Below are positions 49,065-57,573 of a stretch of DNA of 64,000 bases, one piece after another. This DNA comes from Entomortierella parvispora E1425 (taxonomy: Eukaryota > Fungi > Mortierellomycota), in assembly GCA_020891255.1 (NCBI GenBank), contig BQFW01000010.1:310001-374000 (forward strand), given 5' to 3'. The stretch's first letter is position 1, and each line of letters starts with the position of its first letter. The position numbers were made by a program, and so were the translations under genes. Below the pieces are notes generated by a model. The model was not told the DNA's origin. It ran no database searches and worked only from the letters and a program-made list of their open reading frames with translations.

Positions 49065-49113
49065 CATCCCTCATCCCTCATCCTTCATCCTTCATCCTTC
49101 ATCCTTCATTCAT
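49065..49113 (+). promoter_or_regulatory. (CATCCTT)n tract upstream of F-box B3
   Basis: catccct catccct catcctt x4 catt catc. Confidence 0.5.
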
Positions 49114-49157
49114 CATAATCACTCCAGTCTAATCTACCTAACTTCCCTGTCTCCATA

Positions 49158-50750
49158 ATGTCAGTCTCGATGGATCTATCCGATGTTCCTGAGATTCTTG
49201 TCATGGTGTCCAAGTACCTGCAAGTCAAATCTCTTTCAAGAGCCACACGAGTGTCGCGTCAATGGCATCGATTTTTGCTCCCGGAACTCTGGTCCTGTCT
49301 TCATATTGTCGGATACAAAAGCCGCTTCGGGATGACTGGCCCCAAGTTCCTCCGATCCTTGTTCCGATACGGCCATTTTGTCCGTATGTTCTGCACCTTG
49401 GACCACCTACACCTGGACCTGTTCCGACCCCATCCTGGCAACCATCCTAGAAATGACCTCTGTCCTCTGAACAAACTCACAAAGTTGATCCTTCCAAACT
49501 TTGATTCAAACGACTGGGAAACGGGACCAGGACTTCACACTCCGTCAGCCAAGCAGCGTATCGTCGGTCTTCTCCTCCTCGCAAGGGCCGACTATGAGTT
49601 GGTGAACAAGATCCAAGATGATGTTTACCGCAGGATAGATTCAAGCCCGAGGCAGCGACGACGACGACGACAATGGCGATGGCGAAGGCATTTATTTCAC
49701 TCATGACACACTCCCGCCAGTTGAGGATGAGGATGACTTTGACGAGCACTGGGTGCCAAAGGTGGATGTCATGATCCATCCGCCTTACTTCGATCCTCTG
49801 ATGCAGCTCCTGCGACATAACCGCCAAGTCTGCTCCTTGACCGTCCACCGTTTCCCCAGATGGTCTGAGCAAGCCATAAGATCAATTTGTCGTGAAGGAT
49901 TGCCTTTGCTGCAGGAATTGGATTTGTCGAGAAAACAGCCAGCGATGGTGATCACCCGTCTTACGAGGATCCTCTTGGAGGGTCTCACTCTTAAATTAAG
50001 GAGACTCAAGATTCATATCGACCCTCTGCTACAAGATGACAGCTTATGGATGCAAAGTAAAGAAGGCCTGGAGAACTTTTGGCACCGGCGATATCGAGGC
50101 AATCAGAACTGCCCCAAGACAAAAGACGGATTAACGGAATAATCAGAGGAAGTACGTCGACTTGGACTGGAGTGGGCGGAGATGTATCAATTGAAGGAGC
50201 TTAGAATCGACGGGACAACATTTAGGACACGTCACCGTTGGACAGAACAGCCTGGCGCTCTTCGATCTTTGGTTCCTTACTTGAGACGGTGCTGACAACT
50301 GGAACGATTGGCACTTATAGCATTGCCGCAGGGAGATCGTCCTCTTTGGGAATAGACCTCGACATTTATGGCTTTTGTCCTCGGTTCAATGCTTTTGAGA
50401 CTTGCAGAGTGGAAGCGGAAAACATCGGCACCGCCCAGAATGAATTTTTTGAGTAAATCCTGCTACCATCCCGGAAAGGCTGGAAAAGTTTCGACTTGGG
50501 CACTTTCGACAGTCTGTCCGCCTTGTCGATCAACGCCTTCGCAGGAGCAACAGATGGCAAGGAAATCGCAGCGGACCAACGCGAAATTCAAAAAAAAAAA
50601 AAAAAAAAATGAATATCCCACCCTCCATTGACAACAGAACTACGACTGGCTGGTCTATATGGAATATACCAAAGCGACGGTACAGGGAACGTGAAGGTCC
50701 ATGCAACCCTCGTTGGTTCATCGCGTCAGATCGATTGGTCCTTGGAGCTA
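49158..50750 (+). pseudogene. F-box subfamily B copy 3, disrupted and 3'-truncated
   Basis: MSVSMDLSDVPEILVMVSKYL... with a frameshift at ~49640, in-frame stops (TAA 50140 and further TGA/TAG/TAA), and an A20 run at 50590-50609. Similarity to B2 fades at ~50700-50750, just before the inverted repeat. Confidence 0.85.
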
Positions 50751-50887
50751 AAATAAGGATGAATCATGTTTAACAATATGAGATTGTTCCTCGCAGAATA
50801 GAATGTAGAATCGCGTTCGGGAGACCCCTCGACTAAAAAAGGGCAAAAAAATAGACAAATTGAGGCATCTCAGATAGAGGGAAATTG

Positions 50888-52481
50888 TCAGACTGGACCG
50901 TGCACAAGGAGACCAAAAAGAAAAAAAAGAAAGAAATCAGCGAAACAACAGCGGGCGGGCTCAAAATGGGCGAAGCACGTTTTCCCCCTGGCGTTCTCGC
51001 GCATATGTTGCCCTCTTCTCGTCTTTCTCATGCCTCCGTCTCTCAATGCCTGGCCTGCATTCTCTGCATCTCTCCATTCCACCATCCATTCTCCATCACC
51101 CCTCTCTCTCTCTCTCTCATGCAGGGACACCAGCCTCCATTCACTCCATCTCATTCCTTACTTCATTCGCTCAGTGCAGGCATCTCTCGACTCATATGCC
51201 ATTGGCGCGTTTGACAGCACTAATTCAGAGCAGACCACTTGCGTCCAAGAGGCCTGATCTCCTTTACAATTGCCACCATGCCCACCGTTCAATTCAACGA
51301 GATCATTCACACACAAAGTCAACATTTATCATCCAAATTAGTCCATTATTTTGTCAGAATTAAAGAGAGAAAACAAGAATTTTAATAGAGTGCTTTGAAA
51401 GGGAGTACTATGGAGGGGAAGGGAGTACTTTGGAAGGGAGGAGAGTGCTGTGGAAGTGGAAAAGATAAGAAAATGTAAGTTTCAAAGAAAAAAAATGGTT
51501 TGTGGAAGGGATAAAGTGAGTTGGCGTACCAAGTCCCCCGATGTTTGTTATAGATGCTGACGACTGCGTGCCATCACCACATCCCATCGGGATCATGGAT
51601 TTGTGGAAGAAACAAAGAGCAGTACCAAGTCCCCGATGTTCGCTGACGACTCTGAGCCATCACCTCATCACATCGGCATCATGGATGACCGCCCACTATC
51701 TTAACTACACTAGGGCTAAACTAACTAGTCTAAAAGCGAAGGAAGGGGGACGGAAGAAAAGGACGTTTTCTCTCTTGATTCTTGTTTCTTGATTCTTGTT
51801 CTTGTTTCTTGGATGGGGGGCTCAAGACCAAAGAGGGTAGGGAGGCAACTGCATTTGGGAGGCAGGCCATGATCAAGCCGAGGAGGCCAAGTGGTCTTGA
51901 GGGCCAAGGTCAAGTCCGAAGAGTCAGATAACCTTGAGGCCGAGGCTTGGGCCGGAGCGTGCAAACGGGCAGGCGGTCTTGTGGCCGAGGTAGGTCTTGA
52001 GGGCCGAGGTCAAGCCATGAGAAGGCAGACAACTTTGATGCCGAGCCTTGAACTTGAAAAGGCAGGCAAGTTTGCGGCCAAAGACTTGAAAAGGGCAGGC
52101 AGGTTTGCGGCCAAAGACTTGGAAGGGCAGGCAGGTTTGCGGCCAAAGACTTGGAAGGGCAGGCAGGTTTGCGGCCAAAGACTTGGAAGGGCAGGCAGGT
52201 TTGCGGCCAAAGACTTGGAAGGGCAGGAAAGGTGGGCCAGGAGATCAAGACCATTGGGACCGGGGCCAATGAGGGCAGGACCGAAGTTGAAAAGCCGATG
52301 TCGTTGGTCCGGAGACACTTGTTGCTGGCCGAGGGGAGGATGGCAGCATGGTGGTGTGTGCTTGGTGTGCTTAGTGCGCTTTGTGTGTGTGGAAGGGGAG
52401 TGAGGAAGAAATGAAGGATGAGGAGCAAAAAAAAAGAGGGGAATCATGGGGGGTATTTGTATGAAAGTATGAGAGTGGATT
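50888..52481 (+). repeat. Left arm of a large inverted duplication (~1.6 kb)
   Basis: It is the reverse complement of 52931..54511. The outer end tcagactggaccgtgcacaaggagacc and inner end gtatttgtatgaaagt...ggatt both match. By eye there are 5 substitutions in 51901-52070, plus indels elsewhere. Confidence 0.95.
52061..52221 (+). repeat. Tandem repeat of 32-bp unit GGCAGGCAGGTTTGCGGCCAAAGACTTGGAAG, 5 copies
   Basis: Units start at 52061 (33-bp variant), 52094, 52126, 52158 and 52190, with no spacers between them. Confidence 0.95.
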
Positions 52482-52930
52482 GTTCGGATGGGCCGTTGTT
52501 TTGTTTTCATCCGCCAAGCCATCATTGTTTTTCAGAATTTCACCAAATTTCAAAAAAAAAGCGAAAACGCGTCGCCGTCTGCCACCTTATTTTCGTCCTC
52601 CGTGGCAAAAATGGCCCGTTCACGCGTGGCCACTTCCCTTATTTTCATCCTCCATGGCAAAATGGCACGTCTGATCTCGCGTCCACGCGCAGTCAGTTCT
52701 CTTATTTTCGCTCCACACCCAAAAGTTAACGTCTGCTCGCTCGCTTATCTCCTCTTTCACATGTTTCGACAGGCCAATCGCCATCCTTCCTTCCTTCACG
52801 ACAGCATCGTTCCTCCGTTACCTTATCCTTAGACCAATCAATGTCATCCCTCCCTCATGTCGCCATGTCGCTATCTCGCTATCGCATCGCACATCTGAGA
52901 CCGCAGTCGATAGGCGATAGCAGAGAGATG

Positions 52931-54511
52931 AATCCACTTTCATACAAATACCTCCCATGATTCCCCTCTTTTTTTTGCTCCTCATCCTTCATTTCTTCCT
53001 CACTCCCCTTCCACACACACAAAGCGCACTAAGCACACCAAGCACACACCACCATGCTGCCATCCTCCCCTCGGCCAGCAACAAGTGTCTCCGGACCAAC
53101 GACATCGGCTTTTCAACTTCGGTCCTGCCCTCATTGGCCCCGGTCCCAATGGTCTTGATCTCCTGGCCCACCTTTCCTGCCCTTCCAAGTCTTTGGCCGC
53201 AAACCTGCCTGCCCTTCCAAGTCTTTGGCCGCAAACCTGCCTGCCCTTCCAAGTCTTTGGCCGCAAACTTGCCTGCCTTTTCAAGTTCAAGGCTCGGCCT
53301 CCAAGTTGTCTGCCTTCTCATGGCTTGACCTCGGCCCTCAAGACCTACCTCGGCCACAATACCGCCTGTCCGTTTGCACGCTCCGGCCCAAGCCTTGGCC
53401 TCAAGGTTATCTGACTCTTCGGACTTGACCTTGGCCCTCAAGACCACCTGGCCTCCTCGGCTTGATCATGGCCTGCCTCCCAAATGCAGTTGCCTCCTGC
53501 CCTCTTTGGTCTTGAGCCCCCCATCCAAGAAACAAGAAACAAGAATCAAGAAACAAGAAACAAGAATCAAGAAACAAGAATCAAGAGAGAGAACATCCTT
53601 TTCTTCCGTCCCCCTTCCTTCCCCCTTCCTTCGCTTCTAGACTAGTTAGTTTAGCCCTAGTGTAGTTAGGATAGTGGGCGGTCATCCATGATGCCGATGT
53701 GATGAGGTGATGGCTCAGAGTCGTCAGCGAACATCGGGGACTTGGTACTGCTCTTTGTTTCTTCCACAAATCCATGATCCCGATGGGATGTGGTGATGGC
53801 ACGCAGTCGTCAGCATCTATAACAAACATCGGGGGACTTGGTACGCCAACTCACTTTATCCCTTCCACAAACCATTTTTTTTCTTTGAAACTTACCTTTT
53901 CTAATCTTCTTTTCCACTTCCAACGCACTCTCCTCCCTTCCAAAGTACTCTCTTCCCTTCCATAGCACTCCCTTTCAAAGCACTCTATTAAAATTCTTGT
54001 TTTCTCTCTTTAATTCTGACAAAATAATGGACTAATTTGGATGATAAAAACAAACATCAGATCCTTTGACCCGCGTACTGAGGTTGACTTTGTGTGTGAA
54101 CGATCTTGTTGAATTGAACGGTGGGCATGGCGGCAATTGTAAAGGATATCAGCCCTCTTGGACGCAAGTGGTCTGCTCTGAATTAGTGCTGTCAAACGCG
54201 CCAATGGCATATGAGTCGAGAGATGCCTGCACTGAGCGAATGAAGTAAGGAATGAGATGGAGTGAATGGAGGCTGGTGTCCCTGCATGAGAGAGAGAGAG
54301 GGGTGATGGAGAATGGATGGTGGAATGGAGAGATGCAGGGAATGCAGGCCAGGCATTGAGAGACGGAGGCATGAGAAAGACGAGAAGAGGGCAACAGGCG
54401 CGAGAACGCCAGGGGAAAACGTGCTTCGCCCATTTTGAGCCCGCCCGCTGTTGTTTCGCTGATTTCTTTCTTTTTTTTCTTTTTGGTCTCCTTGTGCACG
54501 GTCCAGTCTGA
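52931..54511 (-). repeat. Right arm of the large inverted duplication
   Basis: Mirror of 50888..52481. It has 3 copies of the 32-bp unit (53182-53277), a longer AAGAA(A/T)C 7-mer tract (53526-53585), and a ~34-nt segment (~54050-54085) missing from the left arm. Confidence 0.95.
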
Positions 54512-55181
54512 AATGAACAAAGCCCAAACCCCACTCCAAGGCCTGTTGAAACCGATGGCTGTTATAATGACATGGCTGTTGGTGATGTTGTGGTGTGGAT
54601 CGCCTGCTTTGCAGACAATCGATCTATCTGTGGATGAACTTGTACTTGTGTCGAGCATGAAGAAGAGAGGGAGAAAAAGAGAAGATACCACTGAGATAGA
54701 GTTTTGCACAGCCTGACTTTTGTCTCACACTCACTGGTAGGCAAAGTCTAGACCATGGGCCTTGGGTAGCTGTTTGTATCCGCCTCGGAGAAAGGGGTAC
54801 AGATCCATCGCACACGCGCCTACTGGTCCAATGTGATTTGCCCTGTCCAATATGACGATATGACTGTTTGCCTGTGTGCACATGTGTCTGCGGGAAGTTC
54901 TTTCCTCCCTGTCCTTCTCCCTTTGCTCCAAGTCCATCTACCTTTTTCTCTCCTCTTCCTTCTTCATTGCATCTATCGCTGCGGCAGTAGGCGTCTTGTG
55001 TACCTAGAGAATAGTACACAGCAGTGACACCACCAGCAGCAACAAATCTCACCTCCATTCCATTCATCTCTTTTGTTCATTCTCCTTGTGTCATTCCTGC
55101 ATTCCATTTTCAAGTAGATCAACCAATTCTCAAAAACCCACCCACCCCTTTAATAAACATGATCCTTTTTTTTTTGCAAGA

Positions 55182-55931
55182 TCAAAAGCCGACCTTGATG
55201 TTGTAGCCGCCAGGTACCTTGGTGGACGAAAAGCCGGTTTTGCCTTTGCATCCGGCATCATTGTATTCAAAAATGCCATAGACACTCCCGTTACCAGTGC
55301 CAGCGGTGGTCGATGTGGGATCATAAAATGTAGATTCTGAGTGAGGCAGGGTGCCACAGACGATATCAGCCTTCGATTTGCCGTTCCAAGGGTAATACTC
55401 TACAAAACCGGTGTTGGCATTGTTGAGCTTTCCGGACCCCTTGGGCAATGTCCACTCTCCGATGACAGTGGAGGTCCCCGTCACGGCATCGACGAGAGCT
55501 CCTCTCCAGGTTGTGTCTTGAACGAGCTGTACCACCAAGTTATAGGTATGATCGTAGTTTCCGATGATGTCTACCGCACAGCTGACACCTGGTCCATAGT
55601 CGGCCCCATTGTGGCAGTTTGGGTGGGTGGTAGTGGTTCCATTCTGGAAGGAGGAGAAGGCTGCGTGGACGATGCTATTGCCCTTGGAGTCGCTTCGAGG
55701 TTGAAGCCCAGTATAGCCCACGTCACGAACATTATGGAAGGAGAACATCTGAGAGAAATAGTAGCCTGCAACATGAGGTGACTTTGCCATGTTGAGAGGA
55801 AAAGTGATGTCGTTCAGGCCATCGGAGGGAAACGTTAGAAATCTCCAATGGTTCCCAACAAGGTGGCCATTGGATGCGAAGGCCAGTGAAGGCACGCAAA
55901 TCGCAAGGGTGGCAAAGATGGAAAGCTTCAT
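55182..55931 (-). CDS. Secreted protein, 249 aa, intronless (DUF3472-like family, tentative)
   Basis: Signal peptide MKLSIFATLAICVPSLAFA; motifs GYYFSQMF, GYTGLQPR, FSSFQNGTTTTHPNCHNGADYGPGVSC and GFVEYYPWN; four Cys. The family name is from recollection and was not searched. Confidence 0.75.
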   Translation of the reverse strand: MKLSIFATLAICVPSLAFASNGHLVGNHWRFLTFPSDGLNDITFPLNMAKSPHVAGYYFSQMFSFHNVRDVGYTGLQPRSDSKGNSIVHAAFSSFQNGTTTTHPNCHNGADYGPGVSCAVDIIGNYDHTYNLVVQLVQDTTWRGALVDAVTGTSTVIGEWTLPKGSGKLNNANTGFVEYYPWNGKSKADIVCGTLPHSESTFYDPTSTTAGTGNGSVYGIFEYNDAGCKGKTGFSSTKVPGGYNIKVGF

Positions 55932-56214
55932 TGTGGAGAGAGCGTGCTGTTCTGTTTTAGTAAAGGTTTGGTGAGCAGAGAGGTTTGTGACAGGGGAATC
56001 AAAGGTTTTTAGGGGGGTTTTTTTTTATCGGTCCACGAACATGGCTCTAGCGATTCCGTTGCCTCGGAACGCTCAAACCAGGAATTTCCATTTTCGTGCA
56101 GTTGTGTATCCCAGAACAGAACCAGATCGCTGGTACAGGGAGTGTTGGGGCACAATCCCAAGTTTTTGATCGCCTTATTATCTCAGCGGTTGAACTTGTT
56201 GTCAACGGAGACTG

Positions 56215-56450
56215 CTCGAGTGACCCTTAACCGCAGTTGCCAGGGCCTGAATAAAAAAATATGTCCACTTGTGCCGCGGTATGTCCATCTTCTGTGTCCC
56301 TGTGTCCATCTGTGAACAAAGACAGTGAACTCCCTCTTTCTTCTTTCACACGCGCTGCGCGGTCATGGATCGACCCCTTTTTTCTTTTTCTCTTTCAAGT
56401 GCTGTGCATGTGTCATTGTCTACCTATGAACGCATTCTTCATTCATTAGT
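56215..56450 (+). repeat. Diverged direct repeat, copy 1 (copy 2 at ~57151-57390)
   Basis: Shared blocks in the same order: ctcgag..tgacccttaaccgcag, tctgtgtccctgt, ctgtgaacaaagaca, cacgcgct, ggatcgacccctttttt, tgtgcatgtgt. Confidence 0.85.
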
Positions 56451-56526
56451 TGAGCGAATGAGATGCATGGATCAGAAGTCCTTGCACGCTCGTCGCCAAC
56501 GAAGCACTGGCTTGATTCGGTGACGC

Positions 56527-56573
56527 AGCAAATACGATTTTAGGAAGTATTTCTACCTAAAATCGTATTTGCT
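56527..56573. repeat. Perfect 18-bp inverted repeat with 11-nt loop
   Basis: AGCAAATACGATTTTAGG-aagtatttcta-CCTAAAATCGTATTTGCT. Confidence 0.95.
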
Positions 56574-56619
56574 TCAGAATAGCAAGTACGATGACGGTAG
56601 ATTTTCATTCGTCACTTTT

Positions 56620-56770
56620 CATTTCGCAAAAAAAACAGAGAGATGGCGAAAGATGAGGCATGCAGAAGAATGCCACCTGGGAGCAAAGCCACCCTGTTGC
56701 CCAGAAACGTGCTTCGCCCATTTTGAGCCCGCTGCTGTTTTGCTTTTTTCTGTTCCATTTTCTTCTCATA
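56620..56770 (-). repeat. Third, partial copy of the outer end of the inverted-repeat arm
   Basis: The 28-nt AAACGTGCTTCGCCCATTTTGAGCCCGC at 56705-56732 is identical to 54417-54444 and to the reverse complement of 50955-50982. The flanks are weakly similar. Confidence 0.85.
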
Positions 56771-57150
56771 GAAGTCCGTCCTCCAACTGTACTTGTATTT
56801 TCTTATGAGCGACATGCCTTTACAGCTTCATCATGTGAGCCCATTGTCCTACATGCCTCCCCTGCTTGGAGTCATTAGTGTGCACTATGGCAATGGTTGT
56901 CACCAACTCGCTTGCTATGCTAGTTCTAGAAATGTAGGATAGGGCTCGGGGCTTGCCTCTAACCCCCCCTTTATTTCACATTTTCTAGCTCTTCAAAAAG
57001 TCGCAGACAGGCGCAACAACCATAGCTACGAATAATACTTGTAGAATATACGACTCTAGCCTTCAGTACAGCCAAGAGAGAAAAAAAGACAGAGAGAGAA
57101 TGGTTCAAATGAGAGACAAAAAGGAAGGCACAGCGCGCACTCAATCCAAT

Positions 57151-57390
57151 CTCGAGAATTGACCCTTAACCGCAGCTGGACTGTCTGTGTCCCTGTAGGC
57201 GTCCATCGTCTGTTTTCTGTGTGTGTCCCTGTGAACAAAGACACGCCCCTTTTTTTTCTCTTTCGCACGCGCTTCTCCGCCTGTCCGCGTGCTTTGTGCG
57301 CGTGGTCTTGGATCGACCCCTTTTTTCTGTTGTCTTGTGCATGTGTACTTGTGTGCCTTGCATGTGAATGCAGCTCATTCATCCTTCTTT
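57151..57390 (+). repeat. Diverged direct repeat, copy 2, upstream of the PA14-domain gene
   Basis: See 56215..56450. Confidence 0.85.
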
Positions 57391-57573
57391 TCATTCATCA
57401 CCATTGTCATTCACTCTTTTCATTCGTGTGTTTCATTCGTGTGTTCTACTCTCCTTACTTCTTCCCTTCTCTCATTCCTTGAAGCCACCCTAGCTGCATC
57501 CCTAAATCCCTTTATCTTCACTCTGACGCTCACCTCGACCACTTGCTTCAGATCTTTCTTCCCAAACCAAGCC

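Noticed and set aside
48666-49067. 133-aa minus-strand ORF between the B tail and B3
   Set aside because: It has no motif or splice support and overlaps the B3 upstream region.
52061-52221. 32-bp repeats as a CRISPR array
   Set aside because: The units are directly adjacent with no unique spacers, there are no cas genes, and the context is eukaryotic.
50888-54511. Inverted repeat as a pure assembly or read-chimera artefact
   Set aside because: The arms differ by substitutions, a ~34-nt indel and repeat copy number (5 vs 3), which a fold-back chimera would not produce. Read support is still needed for final proof.
50881-54514. GAAAT at 50881-50885 and 54510-54514 as a target-site duplication
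   Set aside because: The right copy overlaps the arm end and would make the termini asymmetric. A 5-bp AT-rich match is easily chance.
50888-54534. The many 60-190 aa ORFs inside the inverted-repeat arms
   Set aside because: They arise from tandem repeats and skewed composition, differ in frame between arms, and show no recognisable domain or transposase motif.
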